DNA of 64,000 nt from Hyaloraphidium curvatum SAG 235-1 (Eukaryota > Fungi > Monoblepharomycota). Positions 1-10,847 of this stretch are shown one piece after another; position 1 is the first letter of the stretch, and each line of letters begins with the position of its first letter. The stretch covers positions 1 through 64,000 of the forward strand of contig JAIVFI010000009.1 of assembly GCA_025558095.1 (NCBI GenBank). The letters are read 5' to 3'. A program made the translations under genes and the position numbers. Under the pieces are notes generated by a model. The model worked only from the letters and a program-made list of their open reading frames with translations, searched no databases and was not told the DNA's origin.

Positions 1-1118
1 GATTCGACGCCGTGCTCGTCGTGGCCGATCGGTCGACCAAGCAGGCTCATTTCGCTGGCGCGCGGAAGGACTTCTCCGCCGACGACACCGCTCGGCTCTT
101 CCTTCGCGAAATATTCCGCCTCCACGGCTTCCCCTTCGACATCGTCAGCGACCGCGGACCGCAATTCATCGCCAAATTCTGGGAAAGGCTTCTTGGACTC
201 ATGGACATCAAGCTTTACCGCTCCTCGGCCGCGCACCCCGAGTCGGACGGCCAGACGGAGCGCATCAATCAGATTTTGGAGCAGTACCTCCGGACCTACG
301 TCAATTACGCCCAGGACGACTGGTTCAATCAGCTCCCGCTCGCCGAGTTCGCGTACAACAACTCGGTGCACGCCAGCATTGGCATGTCGCCTTTCCGCGC
401 CAACTACGGTTACGACCCGCGAGCCGACTTTTTAGCACCCGACGCGCCGCGCGTTCCCGCCGCCGAGGAACGCATCCGGGAGCTTCGTGCCCTCCACGAC
501 GTCCTTCGCGAGAACCTCCAGCGGGCCCAGGAACGCTACAAAGACTCCGCAGACGTCAGCCGTGAGGATGCTCCCGTTTTCCGCGTCGGCGACCGTGCTT
601 GGCTATCGGCGCGCAATATTCGTACGCGTCGACCGTCTCGCAAGCTCGACGTTCGCTACCTCGGGCCCTACCGCATTAAGGAGCAGATCAATCCCGTTGC
701 GTTTCGATTGGATCTTCCGCCCACGATGGGCATTCATGACGTTTTTCACGTCTCGCTTCTCGAACCCTATACTCCCTCGGACACCGCCGATTTTCCCGGC
801 CGCGTCGCAGAGACTCCACCCCCGGACATCATTGACGGCGAACCCGAGTACGAGGTTAACCAGATCCTGGATTCCCGCCGATTCCGCAATCACTTGCAGT
901 ACTTGGTGGACTGGAAGGACTTTCCTCCATCGGAGCGCTCATGGGAACCGTGGGAGCACCTCCAGCACGCCCCCGACGCCGTTGCCGACTTTCACCGCCG
1001 CTTTCCGGACAAGCCGGGTCCTACGCGGCGGTTGGGGGGGGGTGATGTAACGCGCCGGCGTCGGGGCAAGGGGGACGGTGGTCCCCGGCGAGGGAAGACT
1101 AGGCGCAGTGCTGTGTAG
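1..1118 (+). mobile_element. Ty3/Gypsy (chromovirus) LTR retrotransposon pol 3' end: integrase core, GPY/F module and chromodomain (5'-truncated by the window edge)
   Basis: ORF has IVSDRGPQF, HPESDGQTER..LEQYLR, AYNNSVH, YLGPYRI, HDVFHVSLL and chromodomain EYEVNQILDSR..YLVDWKDF..SWEP; polypurine tract GGTTGGGGGGGGG at ~1030-1042. Confidence 0.96.
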
Positions 1119-1176
1119 TGACTCCTCAACGTCGTCAACACAGGTCTTTACGGGTCCCCCGCGCCCCGTCCTGACA
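1046..1176 (+). repeat. Probable 3' LTR of the chromovirus (start well supported, end uncertain)
   Basis: TGTAACG starts right after the polypurine tract; candidate ends are ..CAACA(CA) at 1140-1142 and ..CTGACA at 1176; partner LTR lies outside the window. Confidence 0.5.
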
Positions 1177-2258
1177 GTGGCCCGTGGCGAGCTCCCACGC
1201 ACAAAACCGCGTCCCCGACCCGGCAAGCACCGGGAGACACGCGCCACAGTCGGCCCAGGTAGAGGGACGCGCCGGAAGACGGATCTCCGGCCGGAACGGG
1301 CAGCGCGGACGCCGTGCGGTCCGACTTGGTCGCCCTGCCAGCGCCGGTTCCCCAACCGCCCGCCGACCCCGCGCCGCCACCAGTAGCGAGCAGGACATAA
1401 CGCGGCAAGCTGGTGAGCAGCACGGAGGCAGGAGATGAGATTTCGGGGTGCGTGGTTTGGTGCTCGCATAGGCCAGCGGGGCGGCCCTTGCCGGGTCGCC
1501 CGGTTCTCCTGGGCCCCGCGCCGCCGAGGGTTCACCCGGGGGTAGCTGAGATACCACCGGGAATCGCTGCTCAGAGCTCTATCCGGCTCCGTTCCGGGGG
1601 TTTCGGGGGGATTTGCGAGGAATTGCGTGCAGGACGGAAGGATGGGGAGGGCAGGAGGGCCGTAGCATAGGGATTTTGCATAACCTGGGCGTACCACGGT
1701 AGGGGCCCAGCGGGTTCCGAACCCGCCTCCCCGCCACGCCGCGCCGTCCCCGCCTCTCGCAAGAGCAATCGCGCCGGCACCACGCCGGTGCATGGGGGAG
1801 GGGTTGCGAGACGACGCCGAGGACGGTCCCGCGTGGGCACCGCTTCCGCACTTCTTGAGGGCGGGGAACCTCGCCGTCGCCGGCGGCGTAAACGGGCGCA
1901 CTCGGCGAGCTTTCCCGCACATTGGCGGGCTTTTCGCCTGCTCAGATCGGTGCCGGCCCGGCGAGCCAAGGGCGGAACCGGGAGCGCGTGACTCACCCCA
2001 CACGACGTCATCAGGGACGCTGGAAGGACGCCATCTCCCAGCGCACGTCCAACGCACGGACAACGCCGAAGCAACCCCCACAAGGCCGGTGGCATCCCCC
2101 CGAACCCGGGCCGACCGGCCTCCTCGCGTTCTTGTGTCGTCCGGTTGTGGCGATAGCATCCAGAAGAAGCCTTCTCGATTCCATCGAACCCTTCTCTGCG
2201 CAACACACAACCGAGTGAGGATGAGACGTCAGACCACGCAAACCACACACACACATGA

Positions 2259-3314
2259 ATGGAACGCAACGTTGACACGCGATTGCCCCCGCCGAAACGG
2301 GCCGCGGGGCGGCGGGCCTCGGATCCGGCGGGGCTCGGCGGGGTGTGGGCGCACGACGTCGCCTTCGTCCGAGCGCTGCTCCCGCTGGCCCCCGAGGCCG
2401 CCAGGTGGGACAGCGGGTTCTCGGAAGGGGCGGCGGGCGCGGAAGAGTGGGCGGGGCGCGAGGCCGGCGGAACGCGCCCGTGCGGCGCGGGTGCGGGGGC
2501 TCGGTCGCCCGTTCCCCGTGGCGGACGGGTCAACGGCTGCGGGGCTGCGCTGCCCCGGGACCTCTTTGCCGCCCTCGCCATGCCGGTACCCCCACGGCGT
2601 GCTTCCGAGCCTGAACTGGCCTCGGGCCGCCGCTCCGAGGCCCGCCTGGCCGCCGCGCCGCCGCACACCCTCTCGCCCGCGCCGCACCGCCTGCCGCACC
2701 CCTCCCTGCGAATCGACACAATAACTGCAAGCGTACCCACTCCATCTCCCTCCCCCGACCCCTCATCCTCCTCTTTCGACCCCTCCTATCTCGGCGATTC
2801 ATCGCCCTCCTCCCTGGACGCCGCCGACGGTGACTCGCCCCGTCCCTTCGGGCTCCGATTCGCCTCCTCCTCCCTCCCCGCCGATCTGCTGGCGTTGGAC
2901 CTGCGGTTTGCATGCCTGCGCATGCCCCGCCCCTCCCGGGCACGGACGGGTCCGGGCCAGATCCGGCCTCCGGAACGCAGCAGGGTACGGTTCGCTTCCG
3001 GGGCCCCCGCGATCATCCCCACCTGGTCTAAACTCGACTACGACCGTGGCCTCGAGCCGCACGAGGCCGCCCGGGTGTTAAGCGAGGGCGCGCGGAGCTT
3101 GGAACCCGGGCAGCAGGGCGTCGGCCTGCTGGCGGGGGAGGCCGGGGGCGGGCTCCAGGTCGCCCACAGGCTCGTCAACGTGCCCGGGTGCGGATGCACC
3201 GTCGACGCGAGCCGGATGCCGGACCTGCGGCGGTACTGGGCCAAGGGGCAGACGCTTTGCAAGGACGGGAGGAGGCCGGGCAGGGACGGGCACGGGGAGG
3301 CGGCCGAGGGCTAG
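2259..3314 (+). CDS. Low-complexity protein with a PP1-docking module (neurabin/spinophilin/Bni4-like)
   Basis: SRVRFASGAPAIIPTWSKLDYDR (~2980-3045) matches the RVxF..TxSxxDYDR pattern; boundaries uncertain. Confidence 0.55.
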   Translation: MERNVDTRLPPPKRAAGRRASDPAGLGGVWAHDVAFVRALLPLAPEAARWDSGFSEGAAGAEEWAGREAGGTRPCGAGAGARSPVPRGGRVNGCGAALPRDLFAALAMPVPPRRASEPELASGRRSEARLAAAPPHTLSPAPHRLPHPSLRIDTITASVPTPSPSPDPSSSSFDPSYLGDSSPSSLDAADGDSPRPFGLRFASSSLPADLLALDLRFACLRMPRPSRARTGPGQIRPPERSRVRFASGAPAIIPTWSKLDYDRGLEPHEAARVLSEGARSLEPGQQGVGLLAGEAGGGLQVAHRLVNVPGCGCTVDASRMPDLRRYWAKGQTLCKDGRRPGRDGHGEAAEG

Positions 3315-3502
3315 GGACGACATCAAGGGCCTTGATGCAGCCGGAGGAACTGTCTGTCATAGATTTGCCCTCATTTTGAACGGGAAGGATCGCATCAGCT
3401 CTACGAGGGGGCGCCGCCGGGCAGCGTCGCTTCGGTCGGAGCTCTCATAGATTGAAGTGGAGCCCGCCCGAGTTTGAACGAGGCAATCTACACGAATAGA
3501 CC

Positions 3503-5182
3503 ATGAACGCGACCACGCGCCGCCGCCTCCTCCTCGGCCTGGGAGCCGCGCTCGTAGCGCTGCCCGCCGCCTTTGTCCTTTTGCGCGACGAGGGGAGCGC
3601 GGTGGGGCCGGACGGCGTCCCGTGGCGCGCCGAGCCCGTCGCGTTCGAGCCGCCGCCGCGCGAGCGCGAGTCGTTCTGGGCGACCGACGGCGCGGAGAGG
3701 GCCCCCGAGGACGACGCGGAGCCGGCCGAGCCCGCGGCTGCCCCGCCCCCTCCGCCTCCCGCGGACCCGGTGCCCGGCGCCCCCCCCTCCCCCGCCGCCC
3801 CGCCCGCCATCCCGCCGCACCTCGCCGACCTCGCGCCGCTCTTCACTTCGCCCCCCCCCCCCTGCCGCATCGCGCTCGTCAGGCAGCCCGGCGCAGAGTC
3901 CCTCTTCCGCAACTGCAGCCTGCCGGCAAACTTCACCCGCGACGACCTCTCGCCACAGGAGCTGTACGACCTCGCGCACATCATGCCCCGCCGCCTGAAG
4001 GACGCCGCGCACCGGCTGGGCGCCGTGGTCCCCGAGCAGGACGCCGACGTGCTTTTGGTCGACGACGAGCGCGAGCAGCGCTGCTTCATGGGCGACCAGG
4101 CCAACAAGGCAGACATGCGCCGGGCCGGCGAGCTGCTCGCCGCCCGCCTCAAGGGCCAAGGCCCCCCCGCCATCCTCGCCATCGACTACCCCCTGTGGAA
4201 CCGCGACGCCATCCGCGACACCCCGCGCGCCTTCCGCTTCGCCGTCGAGGAGCTGCAGGTCCCCCGCGAGACCGAGAAATCGGGCCGCCACATCTTCCTC
4301 CCGTACTACGCTCCCGACAACCCGCACGCCGCCGGCCGCGACCCCGAGGCGAAGGACGGCCACGACATCGCGCTGCTCGCCGCCTGCGGGCAGGAAGGCG
4401 ACGAGGTCGGCGCCCGCTGGGGCGGCAAGAAGCGCCGGCGGGAGCTCATTGCCGGCCTGTGGCGCGCCGCCAACGGCTCGTCCCGCGCCGCGGTGCACTG
4501 CCGGTGCTACCGCGAGTGCCCCGCCAACGCCACCCAGCCGGGCGTCGCGGCGCCGCTGGCCTACCTCCCGTTCCCGGAGCTGCAGAAGCTCTATGCCGAC
4601 AGCACCTTCTGCCCCGTCCCCGCCGGCGACACCCTCTCCTCACGGCGCCTCTCGGACGTCATGGTCTCGGGCTGCATCCCGGTCTTCATCGGCCCTTGGT
4701 TCCACTCCATGCCGTGGCACCCGCTCATCCGCTACGGCGACTTTGCCGTCTTCATCGACATCAAGGCCGACCACGACCGCCCCGCGCGGCGGCGGCGGCT
4801 CCTCCGCCGCCGGTCGCCCCCCGCAGGCGGCCGCCTGCACCGCCGCGAAGCTTCGCCGGGACCAAAGTACCGCCTCGACCCCCCCGTGTGGCGCGTGCCG
4901 ACCGTCGATCACGTGCTCCCCGTGCTCCTCACCATCCCCCCCGCGCGCGTGGCCGAGCTGAAGCGCGGCGTCCTCGCACACGCGAGGTACTTCCGCGGCT
5001 CTCCGTTCCCGCCCGACGTCGCGGGGTGGAAGGAAGCGCCGCCGGCCGAGTGGCCCGGACCGAAAGGAAACTACGCGCACGAGTGGGCCATCGCGGCGGC
5101 GTGCACGCTGCTGGACAAGGCGGGGGAGGGGTGGAAGGGGTGGGCCGAGAGGGCGAGGCCTCTGCTGCAGCAGGGACGGTGA
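3503..5182 (+). CDS. Exostosin-family (GT47) glycosyltransferase, type II membrane protein
   Basis: N-terminal TM, Pro-rich stem, YADSTFCPVPAGDTLSSRRLSDVMVSGCIPVFI; intronless, strong GC3 bias. Confidence 0.9.
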   Translation: MNATTRRRLLLGLGAALVALPAAFVLLRDEGSAVGPDGVPWRAEPVAFEPPPRERESFWATDGAERAPEDDAEPAEPAAAPPPPPPADPVPGAPPSPAAPPAIPPHLADLAPLFTSPPPPCRIALVRQPGAESLFRNCSLPANFTRDDLSPQELYDLAHIMPRRLKDAAHRLGAVVPEQDADVLLVDDEREQRCFMGDQANKADMRRAGELLAARLKGQGPPAILAIDYPLWNRDAIRDTPRAFRFAVEELQVPRETEKSGRHIFLPYYAPDNPHAAGRDPEAKDGHDIALLAACGQEGDEVGARWGGKKRRRELIAGLWRAANGSSRAAVHCRCYRECPANATQPGVAAPLAYLPFPELQKLYADSTFCPVPAGDTLSSRRLSDVMVSGCIPVFIGPWFHSMPWHPLIRYGDFAVFIDIKADHDRPARRRRLLRRRSPPAGGRLHRREASPGPKYRLDPPVWRVPTVDHVLPVLLTIPPARVAELKRGVLAHARYFRGSPFPPDVAGWKEAPPAEWPGPKGNYAHEWAIAAACTLLDKAGEGWKGWAERARPLLQQGR

Positions 5183-5492
5183 AGATGGCCGTGCGGGTGG
5201 GACGGAAGGCGAGCGTGCCGGCCATTTACATTGCTTTGGACGATGGAATCCGTCGCGGTGCGGGTTGCCGGATCGTCCGTTCCCGTGCGTGTGCCGGACC
5301 TGCCCCTTCTTCGCACTACGCGAGGTACGGAATGCAGGCCATCGCACCGAGCCATTGCCGTAGCGCCAACTATGGCCAGCGTCTCCCGGGTGCCGGTCCC
5401 TCAAAAGGACGGGGCCGTGAGTCGTCGGGTCCAGCCAGCCAGGGGACGCCAGCCCGAACGAGGAATCGAGCAACGCCACCCCCCACGCCGCG

Positions 5493-6204
5493 ATGCGCGC
5501 CCCTTTTTTCCTCGCCGCCCTATCAGCGGCCTTTGCGCTGGTCGGCGGCGCTCCCGCGTGGGTCCCGGTGGGCGGAACCGCGGGGAGGAAGCTGACGGTC
5601 CCCTATCCCCAGCGACCTCCGCGGCCTTGGCGAGCGCGTGGTGTTCGCCCGGAGCTGCTCCGAATGCGACCCTGCGGCATACTGGTGGGCCATCCTCCAC
5701 CCCCCCCTCCACCCCCGTCTTGCCCGTCTGACGCCCGCGCCCCCCACCCCCCCGCCCATTCGGCGTAGCGAGTTCGCCCACCCCTCCGCTCCCGCCGACG
5801 CCGTCGCCTGCGTCACCCACCGCACCTCCCGCTCCCTCATGCGGCGGTACTGTGCCGGCACCTGGACCACCCAGCCCCTGGGGCCGGGCCTGCGCTGCGC
5901 TGGTTCGGGCGGCGGGAGCTACATGGCCAGCGAGGGGACCGAGGCGGACGTGCCGACCTACGCTGACCAATGCAAGGACTACTGCGACGGGGATACGGGC
6001 AGCGCGACGGATGTGGTGGCGGAGGTGCGGCTGAACGATTTCGTGGGTCCGCCGCGCTCCCCGCCGCGGCGATCGGACTGACGGCCGACGCCGGTGCAGG
6101 GCCTCATCTGCTGCTTCTGCACCGCCGCATCGAGCTGCACGCCCGAGTCTGCGCCGTTCTTCAACGCGTCGATCGCCTACGTGAACGCCGGGGGCTGCAA
6201 CTGA
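5493..6204 (+). CDS. Small secreted Cys-rich protein, paralog 1 (3 introns)
   Basis: Signal peptide MRAPFFLAALSAAFALVGG; spliced exons give FARSCSECDPAAYCEF..CKDYCDG..ICCFCTAASSC..GGCN*. Confidence 0.75.
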
Positions 6205-6620
6205 GCCGCAACGCGTCGCCGGCAGGTGGGGTCGCCGATGTACATAGGCTGGCCGAGAAAATGCCGCGGCATCCTTCGGTGTATGCATATGGATGGTCTG
6301 TCGCCTCGGCAGATGTGGAACCGAAGCTCGTCCACGGCTTCGCGTCGCCCTCCGTGTTGGAACGGCCGCGCAGGGCTGTGCCCTCGGAACACGGATGCGA
6401 ACGCCTCCTGCGGGCGCTGTTTGCCCAAGGTGCGATGCGATGGAACCATACGGGTACCTAGATCGCTCCCGTTTGTGATCGCACCGCCAGACGGTGCTCG
6501 GCCTTGGCTCCGCATGCGGCCGGTCCCTCAAGTGGGTCGTCTCGGCTCAGCCAGTAGGACGCGACGCACGGCCACCTGGCAGGACACTCCACCGGGATCT
6601 CCGACCGCCCCGCGGTGAAG

Positions 6621-7345
6621 ATGCGCGCGTTCCTGCTCGTCGCCGCCCTCGGGGCGTGCTTCGCGCTGGCCGGCGGGGTTCCGGCGCCGTGGGTTCCGGC
6701 GGGGGGATCCGCGGGCGGCGGGCCGCGCTGATCTCCGTTGCGCTCCGCACCAGGGACCGCAGCGCCCTGGTCGCCGGCGGAGAGACCGTTCTGTTCGCCC
6801 GGAGCTGCGAGGCGTGCGACCCCGAGGCATATTGGTGCGCTGCCCGCCCGCCCTCTGAGGCCCCTCTGATACCCCGCCGCTCGGCAGCGAGTTCACCCAC
6901 CCCTCGGCCCCCGCAGACCACGTCGCCTGCGTCACCATCCCCACCTTCCGCTCCCTCTTCCGTCGCTACTACTCCGCCTGGACTGCGCAGACGCTCGGCG
7001 TGGGCCAGCGGTGCACAGGCGCGGGGAAGGGAATCTACCTCGGCGACGGGGTCCCCGAGGCCGACGTGCCCAACTTTGCCAACCAGTGCAGGAACCTCTG
7101 CGATGACGTCACGGGGAGCGCGCCGGGGTTGGTGGCGAAGGTGCGGAGGATGGGTCGGTCGTGCCGGAGGCGCGCCGCGTACGGCCGGGCTGACGGTCTG
7201 TACCACAACGACAGGCCACCGTGTGCTGCTATTGCTCGACAGCGTCGACGTGCACGATCGAGTCGGTGCCGCAGTTCAGCGTGTCATATGTCGCAACCGG
7301 GTGCTCCGGAGCTTCGCGCCTGGCCGATGCGAATTGCGCCATAGT
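6621..7345 (+). CDS. Small secreted Cys-rich protein, paralog 2 (tandem duplicate; 3' end uncertain)
   Basis: MRAFLLVAALGACFALAGG; FARSCEACDPEAYCEF..CRNLCDD..VCCYCSTASTC; first two introns at the same positions as in paralog 1. Confidence 0.7.
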
Positions 7346-7594
7346 ATTTGGATCCTGTTTCGACACATTGCTGTGGGCCTGGGCGCTATTTCACATGATG
7401 GTCTGGTTCCGCAAGTGCGCGGAGGCGTCGGGACCGCCTGCCGCGCGCAGCGCTCGTCCACGTCCGGACCGCATTAGCCCCAGCATTCCGTCCACTGTCA
7501 TTCGTCTTCCTCGCCGTGCCAAATCCCGCACCGATCGACGGTCGGGTGGTTCACGGCTTTTCCGGCAGATCCACGCTTTGCCACCCGGCCCGGT

Positions 7595-9271
7595 TTGGCT
7601 CCCGTTCCGTCCAAACATACCGCCATAAAGTGCCCCCCGGGAGCGGCCGGCCGGTGCGGGATCCCGGCAATGGCTGCAGCGGGAATGGAAGCGCTTCCAC
7701 CGCGGCACGAGGACGCCGGCGCGGGCGGGGATCCCGCGGAGGACGGGGCGCGGGGTGGGGCGGTCGCCGGCGTGTCGCCCGAAGACGGAGCGGCGCCGCG
7801 GGCCAGTTCCGAGTCTGGACGGACGCCGACTATTTGTGGCGACCCGGAAAAGGTGGACACTGACGTTCACGATGAGCCGACAACGACTGTTTGCGCCGTC
7901 GGCACGGAGAAGGAGAACTTGGAGAAAGAGCGACACGGGAAGGACGACGTCGACGAACTGGAAGTCGATGCCGCGGCAAAGGTCAAGGACCTGGAAGGCA
8001 AACCGGAACCCGAAGCCGCTGAGCCCGAAGTGCCCCCGCACTTGCGCCCGGACACTTCCACGCGAGCGTGGCTTGTGCTCTTCGCCGCCTGGAGCGCGCA
8101 GCTCTGGTCCGCGGCCTTTGTCGCATCCTGGGGCGTGTTCCAGCGGACGCTGATCGCCGAGGGCGCCTTCGACGGGGCCACCAACTTCCAGCTCTCATTC
8201 ATCGGCACCGTCGTCTTTTCCGTCAGCGTCGTCGCGGCCCTCTTCGTCGGCCCTCTCGCGGACCGTTTCCCCCCGGCCGCGCTGGCCTGCCTCGGCGGCC
8301 TGCTCTGTTCCGGCTCCCTCCTGGCTGCCTCGTTCGCCTCCCAGCTCTGGCAGATGTACCTCGCCTCGGCGCTCAACGGCCTGGGCGGCTCGCTGCTCTT
8401 CGTGCCGGGCACCGTGGCCACGAACCAGTGGTTCTCGCGCCGCCGCGGGCTGGCCATGGGCATCGTCTCTTCCGGCACCGGCATCGGCACGCTGATGGTC
8501 ACTCCGATCTCGCAGGCCTGCATCAACGCCGCGGGGTGGCGGTTCGCGCTGCGGATCCTCGCCGCCATCATCGCCGGCTGGATGTGCCCCGCGGCGCTGC
8601 TCCTGCGGAGGAGGGTGGCCGCGGTGCCGCGTAAGGGCCCGCTCATCACATTCGTCTACTTCCGAAACTGGACCTTTTCCCTCGTCTTTTCCTCCATCGC
8701 CATCATCATGTTCGTCTTCTTCCTCGTGCAAGCGTACGTGCCGCTCATGCTCTACGACGGCGGCTACCCGAACTCGGTCGGTGTCGCGGTCGTGAGCGCG
8801 TACTCCGCCGTTCTCGCCGTGGGCCGGATCGTCGGCGGCTTCCTCGCCTCCCGCGCCGGCGAGCTCAACCTCTTCTGCCTCGCCTGCTTCGTGCCCTGCG
8901 CCATGTCCCTCATCTGGATGTCGTCGCCCACCAACCTCGGCGTCACGGCCTCGGTGACCATGGTCTGGGCCTTCTTCTGCGGTGCCCCTCTCGTCACGAT
9001 GCCGCTCATCTGCGCCCAGGAGTTCGGCCTGCACCGCCTCGGTTCCGTGGTGGGCGTCATGACGCTATGCTTCTGGGCCGGCGAAACGTGGGGCAACGCC
9101 GTGCTGGGCGCCATCGTCGACGCGCACACGTACTACGTTGACGGGCAGAGGGCGGGCGCGGACTACAGGCCCATGCTGGCGTTCTCGGCGGCCATGTGGT
9201 TCCTGGGAGGCTGCGTGATATCGGGGCTGAGGTGGAGGAAGGTGGGGTGGAAACTCCTCGCGAGGATCTAG
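7595..9271 (+). CDS. MFS transporter, monocarboxylate porter (Mch-like)
   Basis: About 12 TM helices, PDTSTRAWLV, QWFSRRRGLAMGIVSSGTGIG; the start may be ATG 7670. Confidence 0.9.
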   Translation: MAPVPSKHTAIKCPPGAAGRCGIPAMAAAGMEALPPRHEDAGAGGDPAEDGARGGAVAGVSPEDGAAPRASSESGRTPTICGDPEKVDTDVHDEPTTTVCAVGTEKENLEKERHGKDDVDELEVDAAAKVKDLEGKPEPEAAEPEVPPHLRPDTSTRAWLVLFAAWSAQLWSAAFVASWGVFQRTLIAEGAFDGATNFQLSFIGTVVFSVSVVAALFVGPLADRFPPAALACLGGLLCSGSLLAASFASQLWQMYLASALNGLGGSLLFVPGTVATNQWFSRRRGLAMGIVSSGTGIGTLMVTPISQACINAAGWRFALRILAAIIAGWMCPAALLLRRRVAAVPRKGPLITFVYFRNWTFSLVFSSIAIIMFVFFLVQAYVPLMLYDGGYPNSVGVAVVSAYSAVLAVGRIVGGFLASRAGELNLFCLACFVPCAMSLIWMSSPTNLGVTASVTMVWAFFCGAPLVTMPLICAQEFGLHRLGSVVGVMTLCFWAGETWGNAVLGAIVDAHTYYVDGQRAGADYRPMLAFSAAMWFLGGCVISGLRWRKVGWKLLARI

Positions 9272-9398
9272 GGCTCCCGGTGTTGGGCAAACAGATCGTG
9301 CAAAACAACGCTACGATACCCATGCCTACATGTTAGATGACGCCACCTCCGCGCGGTCCTCTCAGTACATGGCATCCGCCCCGCCTCCGCGTGGCGCC

Positions 9399-10572
9399 TC
9401 ATGCCACCGCGAGCGACTTGTCCAGCGCGTCGTGGCCCATCTGCGTCTTCATCAGCGCCCGGTTGAGGGTGCGCCGCTGCTCCTTGCTCATGGCCTTGAG
9501 CTCCTCCAAGGCCGCGTGCTTGCGCCAGGCGCGCTGGATGCGGCTCGCAGACATCTTCTGCATGAAGGCGAGGACCTTTTTGACCTAGATCACGATGGTT
9601 TGAGCCCGACCCGGAATGCCAATGCAGATAGATACACACCTGCTCGATCCGCTTGGGAGTGATCTGCACGAGCGTAGTGCTCCGCTTGGCGAACCTCCCG
9701 TCCACGTACTTGATCCAGCTGAACTCGACGCTCCCGTCGGGCAAGGGGGTCGTATACTGCCTGATGCCCGACTCGCAACGCTCCAGAGCGACGCGCGCCA
9801 CTGCCGACAGGTCCGTCTCTCCGTCCGTGTCGAGCAGCTCGGGCATGAAGCGGCCATACTCCTCTGCGTACGCGTCCCGCTCGTGCTCAAGGGCCTGGAC
9901 GCAGCGCTCCAGGGCGCCGTGGAAGTCGAAGGTCACGTCCTCGTCGCCGTCGACCACACCATCCGCCAGCCGATCCCGCTGCTCCTGTGGGACCAGGGTC
10001 GTGGTCGCTGCGATGCAGCCCTCGGGCAGGTGGCACATGCGCAGCTGGATCGCGCCCCCGAGCCGTTCCTCCTTGCCGTCCGTCTGCTTCTCCGCCTTGC
10101 CCACCACGAACGCCACCGTCTTGCCCGACGGCACCACCACGAACGTGATGGTATCGCGCAGCTTCCCTCCGGTCCAGCTTCGAAGCAGCGCCGAGCGGTC
10201 GTGCGGGTCGCCAAGCCGGGAGAAGTCGCGAGCAAACTCGAGCGGGTTGGCCCACGAGAGCGTGCGGCAACCCTTGTCGTACTTGGACGTCACGTTGAGC
10301 GGCATCACCGTGTGGACGTTTGCCAGGACGAAGGGGCGGGAGGTGCGCCCCGCGATTTCGACGGCCTTCATCTCGTGCACGGCGTCGGAGGTGCTGTTGT
10401 CGACCATGCTGGGAAGGGGCCCATCAACGACCTTCCCCCGCCGCGGAACAGCAGCAGCGGACACCCACTAGTTGACCACGTGGTTGAAGAAGGCGTGGCT
10501 GTAGTCAATGGGCGTGTGGAGGTAGTTGATTTCCACGTCGCCGCCCTCGCAGGGCACGATGGTCCCCGGCAT
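9399..10572 (-). CDS. Hypothetical protein: Rhs-toxin/ART-like N-terminal domain plus C-terminal IQ motif (2 introns)
   Basis: MPGTIVPC..NY|MVDN.. SALLRSWTGG..VVVPSG..GKAEKQ..GGAIQL; last exon SASRIQRAWRKH. Confidence 0.65.
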
Positions 10573-10847
10573 CCTAGCGCCCGGGGCCGCGAAGGAAACG
10601 TCCCGGGCGGGTGCGGTGCTTCGGAAGGAAAGGGGGAGCCCACTGCGGTGGCCCTAGCTCGCGCGCGAGGCGATGGGGATAGCGAAGCGGCGCCCTGGTT
10701 CCTCGTTTGGGGACGCAGTATGCGGTAGGACCCTTCGCCAGTTAACCCATCGCCCTCTTGCGGATCCGAAAAAGATGGCAATTCAATAATCAATACATAG
10801 GCTCAAAGACCGGTCGCGATGGAGGATGTTCCTTGCCCGCGGTGCAG

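Noticed and set aside
2243-2254. Short (CA)n tract
   Set aside because: Ordinary microsatellite, too short to matter
3622-5595. Long Arg/Pro/Gly-rich ORFs overlapping real genes (also 25144-27330, 26270-28069, 31581-33344, 12322-14247)
   Set aside because: Shadow frames caused by high GC and GC3 bias; no domain motifs
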